Below, piece by piece: positions 36,967 to 47,523 of a stretch of DNA of 64,000 nucleotides. The notes under the pieces are model-generated. The model was not told the DNA's origin. It saw only the letters and a list, made by a program, of their open reading frames with translations, and made no database searches. Positions within the stretch are counted from its first letter, which is position 1, and the number at the start of each line of letters is the position of its first letter. This DNA comes from a bacterium (GTDB lineage Bacteria; Bacteroidota; Bacteroidia; Bacteroidales; UBA932). Where the stretch lies: assembly GCA_963649415.1 (NCBI GenBank), contig CAVJHI010000004.1:2497-66496 (forward strand). The letters are read 5' to 3'. Position numbers and translations under genes: made by a program.

Positions 36967-38067
36967 ATGTCTCTCAAGTGCGGCATCGTAGGACTCCCTA
37001 ATGTGGGCAAGTCCACTCTTTTCAACTGCGTGAGCTCAGGCAAGGCCCAGAGCGCCAATTTTCCATTCTGTACCATCGAGCCTAATCTCGGCTCCACCAA
37101 TGTGCCGGACCGCAGGCTCGACACCCTTTCCGAAATCTGTCACCCGCAGCGGACAATCCCCGCTACCGTGGATATAGTGGATATCGCCGGCCTCGTGAAG
37201 GGTGCGAGCAGGGGAGAGGGCCTCGGCAACCAGTTTCTCGCCAACATCCGCGAATGCGACGCCATACTGCATGTGCTCCGCTGCTTTGATGACGGCAATG
37301 TGGTGCACGTGGACGGCAGCGTGGACCCTGTCAGGGACAAGGAAGTCGTGGATATGGAGCTGCAGATAAAGGACCTCGAGACCGTGGAGGCCCGCCTCGG
37401 CAAGGCGGAGAAGGCCGGCAAGGCAGGGGACAAGGAGGCGAAGAAGCTTGCCGACCTGCTCACCCGCTACAAGGCCGCCCTCGAGCAGGGACGCTCCTGC
37501 AGAAGCGTTGCCCTTCTCAACGAGGAGGAAGTCGCCATCGCGCACGACCTCTTCCTGCTCACCAACAAGCCGGTGATGTATGTCTGCAATGTGGATGACG
37601 CTTCGGCCGTGAACGGCAACGCCTATGTGGATGCCGTACGCGAGGCTGTCAAGGACGAGAACGCCGAGATACTTGTAATCTCCGCCAGGACCGAGTCCGA
37701 GATTGCGGAGATGGAGGACTATGAGGATAGGAAGATGTTCCTCGAGGAAATGGGGTTGGAAGAGTCCGGAGTGGTCCGTCTCATCCAGAGCGCCTACCGC
37801 CTGCTCGGACTTCAGACTTTCTTCACCGCCGGAGCCGACGAGTGCCGCGCCTGGACCATCAAGGTCGGCGACAAGGCCCCTAAGGCTGCCGGAGTGATAC
37901 ATTCCGACTTCGAGAAGGGCTTCATCCGCGCCGAGGTCATCAAGTACGACGACTTCGTCAAATACAAGACGGAAGCTGCCGTGCGCGCCGCCGGCAAGAT
38001 GGGCATCGAGGGCAAGGACTACACCGTCCAGGACGGCGACATAATGCATTTCCTTTTTAATGTTTAA
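36967..38067 (+). CDS. ychF: Redox-regulated ATPase YchF (Obg-like)
   Basis: MSLKCGIVGLPNVGKSTLFN is the G1 motif, with a TGS-like C-terminus (DGDIMHFLFNV). Confidence 0.95.
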   Translation: MSLKCGIVGLPNVGKSTLFNCVSSGKAQSANFPFCTIEPNLGSTNVPDRRLDTLSEICHPQRTIPATVDIVDIAGLVKGASRGEGLGNQFLANIRECDAILHVLRCFDDGNVVHVDGSVDPVRDKEVVDMELQIKDLETVEARLGKAEKAGKAGDKEAKKLADLLTRYKAALEQGRSCRSVALLNEEEVAIAHDLFLLTNKPVMYVCNVDDASAVNGNAYVDAVREAVKDENAEILVISARTESEIAEMEDYEDRKMFLEEMGLEESGVVRLIQSAYRLLGLQTFFTAGADECRAWTIKVGDKAPKAAGVIHSDFEKGFIRAEVIKYDDFVKYKTEAAVRAAGKMGIEGKDYTVQDGDIMHFLFNV

Positions 38068-38071
38068 TACC

Positions 38072-39190
38072 ATGAAACGCTTTACTTTACTCTTTTGTGC
38101 CGCCCTGCTGACGCTCGGCGCCTGCGGACAAAAGGAAAATCCCGGAGCCAAGGAAGAAGAGAAGAAAGACGATGTCACTTTCTACAAGGGAGCCGACATC
38201 TCCTGGGTGACGGAAATGGAGAGCAAGGGCAGCAAGTTCTACAACTCTCAAGGTCAGGAGCGGGACTGCTTTGTCCTGATGAAAGACTTGGGTCTCAATG
38301 CGGTACGCCTCCGCGTCTGGGTTAATCCGTCAGACGGCTGGTGCGGCAAGAGCGACTTCCTCGCAAAGGCCAAGAGAGCCGCTGCGCAGGGGCTTGACAT
38401 AATGGTGGACTTCCACTACAGCGACTCCTGGGCCGACCCGCAGAAACAGTACAAACCTGCAGCCTGGGAGGGTAAGAGCCTCAAAGAACTGATGATAGCA
38501 CTTCGCGACCACACAAGCGAGATAATGAACGACCTCAAGTCGGCGGGCATTACCCCGAAATGGGTGCAGATAGGCAACGAAATCCGTCCCGGGATGCTCT
38601 GGGACAGCGATGCGAGCATCAGCGGCGCAGCCTACGATGTGACCCAGGGCGGCAAGACCTACAAGGCTAACTTCACCAATCTAGTCAGCTTCCTCAATAC
38701 CGGCTACGCGGCAGTCAAGGCAGTATTCCCTGATACGATAGTCATTATCCATCTCGACAACGGCTACGACAACTCCCTCTACACCTATTTCTTTGACAAG
38801 GTCAAGAGCCTCGGCGGTAAGTGGGATATGATTGGAATGTCCATCTACCCTTACTGGACGAAGCAGTCCAAGCCGGAATACGAAGCCGATCAGGTCATAA
38901 CCGACTGCATCAACAACATTAAACTCGTCAGCACCCGCTACGACTGCGACGTGATGATAGTCGAGACTGGAGTGGAGTGTGCCGACGGCAACGGCAACCT
39001 AGCTTCCGAGAGCGTGCTCAAGGAGGGTTACCGCCAGATGAACCGCATCATCCAGGAGAGCCTCAACGAGACCTCGGGCCGCTGCAAGGGCGTATTCTAC
39101 TGGGAGCCGGAGTGCAAGCCGGGGCAGTACAGGCTCGGAGCCTTCACCGCCGACGGCCGCCCGACAGTGATAATGGACGCATTCAAATAG
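38072..39190 (+). CDS. Arabinogalactan endo-beta-1,4-galactanase (GH53), lipoprotein
   Basis: Lipobox LLTLGACG, then GH53 blocks (FYKGADISW, NAVRLRVWVNP, VQIGNEI, MIVETG). Confidence 0.88.
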   Translation: MKRFTLLFCAALLTLGACGQKENPGAKEEEKKDDVTFYKGADISWVTEMESKGSKFYNSQGQERDCFVLMKDLGLNAVRLRVWVNPSDGWCGKSDFLAKAKRAAAQGLDIMVDFHYSDSWADPQKQYKPAAWEGKSLKELMIALRDHTSEIMNDLKSAGITPKWVQIGNEIRPGMLWDSDASISGAAYDVTQGGKTYKANFTNLVSFLNTGYAAVKAVFPDTIVIIHLDNGYDNSLYTYFFDKVKSLGGKWDMIGMSIYPYWTKQSKPEYEADQVITDCINNIKLVSTRYDCDVMIVETGVECADGNGNLASESVLKEGYRQMNRIIQESLNETSGRCKGVFYWEPECKPGQYRLGAFTADGRPTVIMDAFK

Positions 39191-39191
39191 T

Positions 39192-40370
39192 ATGGAAAAG
39201 ACCTGGAGATGGTTTGGCCGCAAGGACAGGATAAGCCTGGAAATGCTGCGGCAGATAGGAGTGGAGGGCATAGTGACAGCGCTCCACGAAGTGCCTAACG
39301 GAGAAGTCTGGAGCGAGGAGAACATCCGCTCGCTCAAGGAGTACATAGAAGCCGCTGGCCTGAGATGGTCGGTGGTGGAGAGCCTGCCGGTGAGCGAGGC
39401 CATCAAATACGCAGGACCGCAGCGCGACCGCCTGATAGACAACTACATAGTCAGTTTGCGCAACCTCGGCCGCTGCGGGGTCAAGACTGTCTGCTACAAC
39501 TTTATGCCGGTCATCGACTGGGTGCGCACGGAGCTTGAGCGCCCTATGCCGGACGGCACGACCTCCCTCTACTTCGACTACTCGCATTTCGCATATTTCG
39601 ACCTGAGAATCCTGAAGCGCGAGGGCGCGGAGCGGGACTACCCGGCCTCTGTGCTCGCCAAGGTGGAGCAGCTCGACAAGACATTTACCGATGAGGACCG
39701 TCACCGTCTGGTGGACACTATCATCGTCAAGACGCAGGGCTTCATCAACGGCAACATCTCCGAGGGAGACGCTGCTCCGGTGCAGCACTTCAAGTCCCTG
39801 ATGAGGCCTTACGACGGCCTCGGCAAGCAGGACCTGCTCGACAATCTGACATATTTCCTTAAGGCCATAATGCCGGTCTGCGGCGAATACGGCATCAATA
39901 TGTGCATCCATCCCGACGACCCGCCTATGCCGGTGTTCGGTATGCCGCGCATCGCAGGCAGCGCCGAGGATATACGCAATATTCTCTCTGCCGTAGATGA
40001 TTTCCACAACGGGCTTACCTTCTGCGCCGGTTCGCTCTCCGCGGGGGCGCATAACGATGTGGAGGCGATGGCCCGTGAATTTGCGCCGCGCACCCATTTC
40101 GTGCACCTGCGCTCCTGCAACATCCTGCCGGGCGGCGACTTCATCGAAGCCCCGCATACCGCGGGCAGGGTCAACCTGGTGGAGCTCATCCGCATCTTCG
40201 AGCGCGAGGGCCGCAATCTCCCGATGAGGGTTGACCACGGCAAGAATATGCTCGGCGACGAAAAGATGGGTTACAATCCCGGCTACAGCTTCCACGGACG
40301 CATGCTCGCCCTCGGACAGGTGGAGGGAATGATGGCCGCGGTAGCGGACGAATTTAAAAATCAAAAATAA
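39192..40370 (+). CDS. uxuA: Mannonate dehydratase
   Basis: 392 aa. MEKTWRWFG...GIVTALH is the classic UxuA N-terminus, and conserved xylose-isomerase-like TIM-barrel blocks are present. Confidence 0.95.
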   Translation: MEKTWRWFGRKDRISLEMLRQIGVEGIVTALHEVPNGEVWSEENIRSLKEYIEAAGLRWSVVESLPVSEAIKYAGPQRDRLIDNYIVSLRNLGRCGVKTVCYNFMPVIDWVRTELERPMPDGTTSLYFDYSHFAYFDLRILKREGAERDYPASVLAKVEQLDKTFTDEDRHRLVDTIIVKTQGFINGNISEGDAAPVQHFKSLMRPYDGLGKQDLLDNLTYFLKAIMPVCGEYGINMCIHPDDPPMPVFGMPRIAGSAEDIRNILSAVDDFHNGLTFCAGSLSAGAHNDVEAMAREFAPRTHFVHLRSCNILPGGDFIEAPHTAGRVNLVELIRIFEREGRNLPMRVDHGKNMLGDEKMGYNPGYSFHGRMLALGQVEGMMAAVADEFKNQK

Positions 40371-40371
40371 T

Positions 40372-41187
40372 ATGAACGAACTTTATTCTGTAAAGGGCAA
40401 GGTCGCTGTCATCAGCGGCGCCGCAGGAGCCTTGGGCGGCTCTCTCGCCCGCCATTTCGCATCTCAAGGGGCCGATGTGGTCGCCCTCGTGCACAGGGAG
40501 GAGCAGCTCGCTCCGACAGTGGAGACCCTCCGTCAGCTGGGCGGTAATCCTTGCGGCTATGCCTGCAATGTGATGGACACCGTAGAGCTTAAGAAAATCG
40601 CCGACGAGGTGGTGAAGAAATATTCCCGCGTCGATATTCTCATCAATGTGGCCGGCGGCAATGTGGCCGGGGCCAATGTGATGCCTGACCAGAACTTCTG
40701 GGACATGAAGCTGGAGGATTGGACCAAGGTGCTCGACCTCAACCTCAACGGCACTGTCTATCCTTGCCATGTATTCACGGAAATATTTGCAGCACAGGGA
40801 TATGGCTGCATTCTCAACATCTCGTCCATGGCCGCTTATGACGCGCTTACCAGAGTTGCCGGATACGGCGCGGCTAAGGAGGGAGTGTCCAACTTCACGC
40901 GCTGGCTCGCTGCCGAGATGGCCATCAAATACGGGGAGAAAATCAGGGTCAACGCCCTCGCTCCGGGCTTCTTCATCGGCAAGCAGAACCGTGCCGCCCT
41001 GCTCAATGAGGACGGCTCTCTGACCGAGAGGTCCGTCAAGGTCATCGCCAAGACCCCTATGAGGCGTTTCGGCGACCTTACCGAGCTCAACGGCGCCGCG
41101 CAGTTCCTCTGCAGCGAGGCCGCAAGTTTCGTTACCGGAGTGGTGCTTCCGGTGGACGGCGGATTCAGCTCTTTCAGCGGCGTATAG
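40372..41187 (+). CDS. uxuB: SDR-family oxidoreductase, D-mannonate oxidoreductase-like
   Basis: Rossmann motif (VISGAAGALG) and catalytic YGAAK. Its position directly after uxuA matches Bacteroides hexuronate loci. Confidence 0.75.
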   Translation: MNELYSVKGKVAVISGAAGALGGSLARHFASQGADVVALVHREEQLAPTVETLRQLGGNPCGYACNVMDTVELKKIADEVVKKYSRVDILINVAGGNVAGANVMPDQNFWDMKLEDWTKVLDLNLNGTVYPCHVFTEIFAAQGYGCILNISSMAAYDALTRVAGYGAAKEGVSNFTRWLAAEMAIKYGEKIRVNALAPGFFIGKQNRAALLNEDGSLTERSVKVIAKTPMRRFGDLTELNGAAQFLCSEAASFVTGVVLPVDGGFSSFSGV

Positions 41188-44121
41188 CTACATATCCACA
41201 CTGAATACGAATCCCAGGCTATGCCTCTGTACGAAGCTGCCCTGGGATTCTATCGTATTGTATAGGCTTCCGCAGTTGTAGTTGTAGCTAAGACCCACTC
41301 TGGTCGGGTAAGGCACCCAGAAGAAATTTTCAAGTCTGGCGCAGAAGTTGGCACCGACACTGCAGAGGCTGCCTGTCCCGCGGCTAATCGGGATGAGGGT
41401 GAGGTCTGCGTGCGGGGTGAGTTCGAAATTGCGGATATAGGCCACCGGCGAGAGCCACGACCAGTCCACAGGGAAGATAGGCATCACATAGTCGGCGCTC
41501 AGCTTTACCTTGGTGTCCAGTGAGGCCAGAAGATTGCTGACGCTCGTTGAGGTAAATCCGCGCGGGGCAGTATTGGCAAAAGCTTCGCTGAACATCCCCT
41601 CGCCCAGTTTGCCTGAATACAAAGCACTGAGTTTCAAGCCGTGAGTCCGGTATAAGCCCGGCATATAGCCGTAGATGCAGAGATATGACTCCGGACAGAT
41701 AAGCCCTTTCAGGGCCGGTCTTGTGCTGATGCCGGCCTCTGCTCCCAGTCCCCAGCGCGGATAGACTCTCGACGACGGGGTATTCTCAAGTACATATCCT
41801 CTCAGCCCGGCGGTGATCCGGCTGAAATAGCCTTCATATCCTTGTGCAATGCTCCTGTCGTTGGTGAATCCATAACGCAACTGCGGGATGAGGCCGGCTG
41901 TGAGCCCTCCCTTGGTGGTGCTGATCGGGATGTAGAGTTTGATCTGAGCCGACACCAATGGCTTCAGAGCACTGCTGCCTTTGAGCTGAGTCACGCCTTC
42001 TTCGGTGAGGAGGTCATAATTTCTTGCGTCCCTCTCGTTGAAGTAAACATTCGTCTCGATGACCGGATAGAAGCCCTTGTAGGTGTATTTCAGCTGCCCC
42101 GAATGTCTCCATCCGTCCTCCTGAGAGTAACCTGCCTTGTAGGCCGCCGAGCCATAGGCGTTGCCGAGCTCGTTCTGGAAGAACGCCGTAGCTCCCAGCC
42201 AGGCATCGGAAGAAAGGCTCGAGGAGCTGATGGTCGCCAGCTCGTCATAGTCCGTGTACATCGGAATCCAGGAGTGGATCTTTATTAGATTGAGCAGTTT
42301 GTTGTAGTTTTTCGGCTCGCTCATCTCCACTTCCGCGCTATAATCCACAGGCCGCTTCTCGCTCTCGCTCATCTCCTCGGCAAAAGGGAAACGAGGCTTA
42401 AGCCCGAAGTCCGCTGCAACGCACACAAGCGAGTCCGCCGAAGTCCTGTAGACCAGCCGCCCCTTGGTGGTGAGGGCGCTGTAGTAGAGGGTTCGGCCAT
42501 CCTTGTCGAACTGGAAATCGCCTGCACCCAGGCGGGTGGAAGTCAGTCTGACAAGTGCCCTGCTTGCAGTATCCAAAGCATAGAGTTCGTTTACTCCGCT
42601 CAGGTCGGAGGTAAACATCAGCTTCCCGTCGTGCTCCCATAGGCGCTTGATTTTGACGCTCTGCGGCCCGAGTACGCACTCGAGAGTGTCAAGCTTCCAG
42701 ATGCCGTAGCCCTTTTCTCCGAGGATGCTTGCATAGAGCTCATCTCCCATCCAGACGGTCTCGATGACCTGCATCCCGCCAGGAAGACTGCGCTCCTGCA
42801 GAATGTCTCCGTTGTGAGCGTTGAGTATCAGCACATTGCAACTGCCGTCAGCAGAATACTCCGTCACCGACAGATACTTGCCGTCAGCGGATGGTGCCGG
42901 GTGATAGAGGCGGCGCGAATGCGTGAGGGTGTGCCTGACTCCAAGGCTGTCGAGGCAGCGGACATCGTAATATGACACCTGCTCCCAGCGAGGGTCTTTC
43001 GAATATTCGCTCCAGTATAGCATACCGCTCTCCTCGCAGTAGCTGAGACCGGTGTAGCTGGCACTGAATGTGCCGAGAGTCTTCACGGTGCCGTCGGGGT
43101 AGATCCTCACAAGCTCGTTGGGGCTGGTAAGGCTTTCACGCACGGCGAAGAACGAATCGCCCGCCGCGACCATGGACTTGTATTCTGTAAATATCTTCGG
43201 CGTTCCGACCGTCTGAGTAGATTTGATAAACGGGGCGCGCGCCTGCTCGTCGGAGCGCCACTGCGCGGCAAGGCTGTCGCTGACCTCCCGGAACGCGGCG
43301 TTGAAGCGCTTGCCGGTGATTTCCTTAATGGCCGGGTTGAGGAACGAGAATCCCCGCTTCCTTGCAATCCTCCCGTAATATTTGGCTGTAAAGTCCGGCT
43401 CATCATATACAGTGCGGAAACCTGCCGTGGCGACATAGCCCGCGCGGTAGTAGTCAGGAGTGTATTTTTTCAGAGAGCCGTAGCGCCACTGCCAGAAATT
43501 ACGGTAATCCCCTTCCGCGAAGCTGGCGCGGTAGTACTCAAGGAAATCCGCCGTCCGGCCGCGACCTCCCTCGCTAAGCGCTGTCTCCGCTACCACTGCA
43601 TCGCCTTCCATAAACGCCTGTCCCCCATAGACGGAAGCCGCCGCTCCGGGGGCAAGTTCTCCCAGAAGCAAGTTCCAGAATCTGAACGGCCGCGTCGCTC
43701 CGGGCTGCATCTGCGATACGTGTCTGGACTCGTGCAGTGTGAGCTGCCTCTCCCACGGGGTCGGCTCCGGGTAGTTGGGATCCGGCAAGGTCTGAAGTTC
43801 CATCCTGCGCGGAATCCACATCACCATTCCGTTGGCGAGGGATGTGTAGGTGTGAAGCACCACGGGCATCCTGTGCCTGTAGCACTGGTTAGGTTCGAAT
43901 CCCGCACTGCTCCCCACAGCCGGCGCCACCTGCTCGAGCGTCCGGGCATAGACCCGCGCCAGCGAATCCAATCCCCTCGGATAGATTACTTTATAGCGTG
44001 CGGTCTCTATCTGGCTCCACTTCACGGAATATGGTTCGTTGCCGCTGGTGTAGAATTGTGCCCTTGCGCAGAGAGCAGTCAGGCAGCACAGTGCTGCAGA
44101 AATTATCAGTTTGGACTTCAT
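41188..44121 (-). CDS. Large (977 aa) outer-membrane protein with an N-terminal HExxH region, a TolB-like beta-propeller region and a C-terminal beta-barrel-like region; function unknown
   Basis: It has a signal peptide (MKSKLIISAALCCLTALCARAQ), an HESRH motif, propeller-like repeats (YPDGTVKTLG, SADGKYLSVTEYSADGS, KDGRTLYYSAL) and a Y/G-rich amphipathic C-terminal third. The 1321-aa ORF in the track is an artefactual upstream extension antisense to 44176-45132. A -7 box at 44128-44135 (minus strand) supports the ATG at 44121. Confidence 0.6.
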   Translation of the reverse strand: MKSKLIISAALCCLTALCARAQFYTSGNEPYSVKWSQIETARYKVIYPRGLDSLARVYARTLEQVAPAVGSSAGFEPNQCYRHRMPVVLHTYTSLANGMVMWIPRRMELQTLPDPNYPEPTPWERQLTLHESRHVSQMQPGATRPFRFWNLLLGELAPGAAASVYGGQAFMEGDAVVAETALSEGGRGRTADFLEYYRASFAEGDYRNFWQWRYGSLKKYTPDYYRAGYVATAGFRTVYDEPDFTAKYYGRIARKRGFSFLNPAIKEITGKRFNAAFREVSDSLAAQWRSDEQARAPFIKSTQTVGTPKIFTEYKSMVAAGDSFFAVRESLTSPNELVRIYPDGTVKTLGTFSASYTGLSYCEESGMLYWSEYSKDPRWEQVSYYDVRCLDSLGVRHTLTHSRRLYHPAPSADGKYLSVTEYSADGSCNVLILNAHNGDILQERSLPGGMQVIETVWMGDELYASILGEKGYGIWKLDTLECVLGPQSVKIKRLWEHDGKLMFTSDLSGVNELYALDTASRALVRLTSTRLGAGDFQFDKDGRTLYYSALTTKGRLVYRTSADSLVCVAADFGLKPRFPFAEEMSESEKRPVDYSAEVEMSEPKNYNKLLNLIKIHSWIPMYTDYDELATISSSSLSSDAWLGATAFFQNELGNAYGSAAYKAGYSQEDGWRHSGQLKYTYKGFYPVIETNVYFNERDARNYDLLTEEGVTQLKGSSALKPLVSAQIKLYIPISTTKGGLTAGLIPQLRYGFTNDRSIAQGYEGYFSRITAGLRGYVLENTPSSRVYPRWGLGAEAGISTRPALKGLICPESYLCIYGYMPGLYRTHGLKLSALYSGKLGEGMFSEAFANTAPRGFTSTSVSNLLASLDTKVKLSADYVMPIFPVDWSWLSPVAYIRNFELTPHADLTLIPISRGTGSLCSVGANFCARLENFFWVPYPTRVGLSYNYNCGSLYNTIESQGSFVQRHSLGFVFSVDM

Positions 44122-44175
44122 ATTGAGCAAAGCTAACATTTTTTTGCCTAACTTTAAAGGCTTTTTGGAATACAG

Positions 44176-45132
44176 ATGAAAAAGACGCTCATCACCATAC
44201 TTTCTCTCCTGTCTCTGCTGCTCTCCTGCGGGCAGCGGGGCGGCACTGCGCAGAAAGATGCCACGCGACCTTTCCCGGCAGTTGAGGTGCCAAGCATGTT
44301 CTCCGACGGGACGGAGCGGATTGAATACATCCTCGACCACTACTGGGACGGCTTCTTTGCCGGCGACGGTCCGACCGATTCGGGGCGGGTGCTCGGCGTG
44401 CAGAACGCTGAGATTGAGAAGAATACGGGCACATTCATAGGACTTCTGGACTATGTTCCGATGCCTAAGGCCCAGGCTAAGGTGAGGCAGGTATTCTCCC
44501 AGATCGAGGCGCGGCAGGAGCGCGATACCGCGTCCCTGGTCTATCCGCTGATGACGGAAATATTCGCCTCCTACCTCTATGACCCGAATTCCCCGCTTCG
44601 CAGCGAGGACTATTATCTCCCGTTCGTGGAGGGAATGGTCGGATCCCGTTTCACCTCCGAAGAGCGGCGCGCGGGCTACCGTTTCGAGCTGGAGAAATGC
44701 CGTCTCAACCCCTACGGTACCCGGGTCCCGGACTTCAGTTTCAAGGATATACACGAGCGCAGGCATAGCCTCTACGAAGTGCAGGCGGCCTACACGATGC
44801 TGTTTTTCAGCAACCCGGGCTGTCACTCCTGCAAGGAAATCATAGACCAGATCGGCTCCCGCAGCTACATCGACTCGATGATCTCCTACGGCACCCTCGC
44901 CATCGTCAATATCTATATCGACAGCGAGGTGGACAAGTGGCGCGAATACGAGCCGGTCTATCCGCGGAACTGGTACAACGGCTATGATTATAAAGGAGTT
45001 ATCAACAGCGACCAGCTCTACTATGTGCGCGCCATCCCGTCCCTCTATCTGCTCGACTCGCAGAAGCGCGTGATCTACAAGGACGCGCCGGTGGATAAGG
45101 TGCTGTCTTTCCTCGACAAATTGGTAAAATAG
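44176..45132 (+). CDS. Thioredoxin-fold lipoprotein (DUF5106 N-domain plus TlpA-like domain)
   Basis: Lipobox LLLSCGQ and a CxxC motif (FFSNPGCHSCKE) in a thioredoxin-like C-terminal half. Confidence 0.65.
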   Translation: MKKTLITILSLLSLLLSCGQRGGTAQKDATRPFPAVEVPSMFSDGTERIEYILDHYWDGFFAGDGPTDSGRVLGVQNAEIEKNTGTFIGLLDYVPMPKAQAKVRQVFSQIEARQERDTASLVYPLMTEIFASYLYDPNSPLRSEDYYLPFVEGMVGSRFTSEERRAGYRFELEKCRLNPYGTRVPDFSFKDIHERRHSLYEVQAAYTMLFFSNPGCHSCKEIIDQIGSRSYIDSMISYGTLAIVNIYIDSEVDKWREYEPVYPRNWYNGYDYKGVINSDQLYYVRAIPSLYLLDSQKRVIYKDAPVDKVLSFLDKLVK

Positions 45133-45142
45133 ACATAAGATT

Positions 45143-46189
45143 ATGGAAATCAAGAGAAAACTCTGGGGTAGGTCCGAGTGCGGACTTCCGATCTACAAGT
45201 ACACCATCATCAACGGCAGCGGCGCTTCAGTTACCCTGTGCAACATCGGTGCGGGCATCGTGTCCGTTAATGTGCCTGACAAGGACGGCAAGCTGGGCGA
45301 CGTGGTCTTGAGCTACGGAAAGCCGGAAAGCTACTTCGGCGACGGCCCATGCCTGGGCAAGTGCCCGGGACGCTTCGCCAACCGCATCGCCGCGGGCAAG
45401 TTCACCCTCGACGGCAAGGAGTACAATCTCCCTATCAACAACGGCCCTAACCACCTGCACGGCGGCCCGGAGGGTTTCCACAACAAGGTCTGGGAATCCC
45501 GCAAGCACAAAGGCGGCGTGGAGTTCAAATACAGCGCAGCCGACGGCGAAATGGGCTACCCCGGCAATCTGACAGTCGTGGCTCGGTACGAGTGGAGCGA
45601 AGACAATGAGCTTAGACTCACCTTCTCCGCCAAGTGCGACGCCAAGACCGTGGTCAACCTGACCAATCACTGCTACTTCAACCTCAACGGCAAGGGTTCC
45701 GTGCTCCGTCACTATCTTAAGCTCAACGCGACCCAGTACCTCCCGACCGACTCCACCCTCATCCCGCTCGGCGAGCCTGAACCGGTGGTCGGCACCCCGA
45801 TGAACTTCATCACCCCCAAGACCCTCCGTCGCGACATCCGCAAGGACTTCCCTGCGCTCAACTACGGCAAGGGCTACGATGCCTGCTGGGTGCTCGACGA
45901 CTATATCCCGGGGCAGATCCAGGAGGCAGCCGAACTCTATTCCAAGGAGAGCGGCCGCGAGCTCAAGGTCTATACGACTCAGCCCGGTATTCAGGTCTAT
46001 ACGGGCAACTGGCTCGAAGGCTGCCCGACCGGCAAGCGCGGACGCAAATATCACGACTATTACGGAGTGGCCCTGGAGTGCCAGCACTTCCCGGACAGCC
46101 CTAACCGCCCCGAATATCCTAGCACCGTCCTCAAGCCGGGCAAGGTGATGCACGAGGCGATAATCTTTGCATTCTCAGTCAAGAAATGA
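45143..46189 (+). CDS. galM: Aldose 1-epimerase (galactose mutarotase)
   Basis: [23 protein letters not shown] and conserved catalytic His/Glu blocks. Confidence 0.9.
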   Translation: MEIKRKLWGRSECGLPIYKYTIINGSGASVTLCNIGAGIVSVNVPDKDGKLGDVVLSYGKPESYFGDGPCLGKCPGRFANRIAAGKFTLDGKEYNLPINNGPNHLHGGPEGFHNKVWESRKHKGGVEFKYSAADGEMGYPGNLTVVARYEWSEDNELRLTFSAKCDAKTVVNLTNHCYFNLNGKGSVLRHYLKLNATQYLPTDSTLIPLGEPEPVVGTPMNFITPKTLRRDIRKDFPALNYGKGYDACWVLDDYIPGQIQEAAELYSKESGRELKVYTTQPGIQVYTGNWLEGCPTGKRGRKYHDYYGVALECQHFPDSPNRPEYPSTVLKPGKVMHEAIIFAFSVKK

Positions 46190-46980
46190 AGCAGTACCTC
46201 GACCTCCTTCAGACTATAATGGATACCGGTACGGTCCGTCACGACCGTACCGGTGTCGGTACAAAGAGCATATTCGGGCATCAGATGCGCTTCGACCTCA
46301 GCGAGGGCTTCCCTCTGCTCACCACCAAGAAAGTTCACCTGAAGTCCATCATCTACGAGCTTCTCTGGTTTATAAGCGGCGACACCAACATCCGCTACCT
46401 CAAGGAGCACGGGGTTTCCATCTGGGACGAGTGGGCCGACGAGAACGGCGATCTGGGCCCGGTCTATGGGCATCAGTGGCGTTCTTGGCCGGCTCCGGAC
46501 GGGAGAGTTATAGACCAGCTTTCCGATGTCATCGAGACCATCCGGCACAACCCCGACTCTCGCCGCATGCTTGTCTGCGCCTGGAATCCGGGCGAGGTGG
46601 ACAAGATGGCTCTGCCTCCTTGCCACTGCCTCTTCCAGTTCTATGTGGCCGACGGGCGGCTGTCCTGCCAGCTCTACCAGCGCAGCGCTGACACATTCCT
46701 CGGCGTGCCGTTCAACATAGCCTCCTATGCCCTGCTGACGATGATGATTGCCCAGACCTGCGGACTGCAGCCGGGCGAATTCATCCACACCACCGGCGAC
46801 ACGCACATCTACCTCAATCATTTCGACCAGGTGCGCGAGCAGCTTTCCCGCACTCCGCGTCCGCTCCCGACGATGAAGCTGAACCCGGATGTGAAGAGCG
46901 TGTTCGACTTCAAATACGAGGATTTTACCCTTGAGGGCTATGACCCGTGGCCGGCCATCAAGGCGCCTGTGGCGGTGTAG
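46186..46980 (+). CDS. thyA: Thymidylate synthase (ThyA type)
   Basis: 264 aa: MKQYLDLL..., DRTGVGT, and the active-site PPCH in [13 protein letters not shown]. It has an ATGA overlap with galM. Confidence 0.97.
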   Translation: MKQYLDLLQTIMDTGTVRHDRTGVGTKSIFGHQMRFDLSEGFPLLTTKKVHLKSIIYELLWFISGDTNIRYLKEHGVSIWDEWADENGDLGPVYGHQWRSWPAPDGRVIDQLSDVIETIRHNPDSRRMLVCAWNPGEVDKMALPPCHCLFQFYVADGRLSCQLYQRSADTFLGVPFNIASYALLTMMIAQTCGLQPGEFIHTTGDTHIYLNHFDQVREQLSRTPRPLPTMKLNPDVKSVFDFKYEDFTLEGYDPWPAIKAPVAV

Positions 46981-46982
46981 TT

Positions 46983-47468
46983 ATGGAGAAATGTATCATA
47001 GTCGCCGCGTCCGACAATGACGCGATAGGGCGCGGGGGAGTGATGCCCTGGCACTTGAGCGAAGACCTCAAGTACTTCAAGCGGGTCACTCTCGGCTGCC
47101 CCGTTATAATGGGCCGCACTACCTTCGAATCTATCGGCAGGCCTCTGCCCGGCAGGAAGAACATAGTTCTCACCAGCCGTCCGGGGCTGCCGGAGGGGGT
47201 GTGCCGGGTATCTTCCATCGAGGAGGCCTACTCGGCTGCAGAGCCGGCGGAGAGGTGTTTCGTGATCGGCGGGGCGCGGGTCTATGCCCAGGTCATCGGC
47301 ACGATGGACCGGATTTACCTTACCCGCATCCACACCGCTGTCTCCGACGCCGATGCGTTCTTCCCGCATATCGACCCTGCCCTCTGGGCAGAAGAATCCC
47401 GCTCCGACCTCCTTACGGACGCGCAGAGCGGGCTCGAATTCGAATTTATCATCTATCGCAGGAGGTAG
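46983..47468 (+). CDS. folA: Dihydrofolate reductase
   Basis: IIVAASDNDAIGRGGVMPWHLSEDLKYFKRVT, VIMGRTTFESIG and IGGARVY. The start is the ATG at 46983, just after the thyA stop. Confidence 0.92.
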   Translation: MEKCIIVAASDNDAIGRGGVMPWHLSEDLKYFKRVTLGCPVIMGRTTFESIGRPLPGRKNIVLTSRPGLPEGVCRVSSIEEAYSAAEPAERCFVIGGARVYAQVIGTMDRIYLTRIHTAVSDADAFFPHIDPALWAEESRSDLLTDAQSGLEFEFIIYRRR

Positions 47469-47523
47469 CCCCGGCTCCAGGGAGCAGCATCGCCGCGACG
47501 GCTATAAATATTTTCATCATCGA

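Noticed and set aside
37036-38178. Long antisense ORFs opposite ychF (37036-38178), uxuA (39183-40364), galM (45227-46153), mutS (52990-54099), the YfhO-like gene (57277-58161) and the S46 peptidase (61967-63286)
   Set aside because: All lie fully within strongly supported genes on the other strand. They have the Arg/Ala/Gly/His/Val-rich composition typical of GC-rich shadow frames and show no family resemblance.
44122-45153. N-terminal 344 aa of the 1321-aa minus-strand ORF 41188..45153
   Set aside because: This part is antisense to the well-supported thioredoxin-fold lipoprotein gene (44176-45132) and has no signal peptide or motifs. A clean signal peptide (MKSKLIISAALCCLTALCARAQ) and a -7 box support the internal start at 44121.
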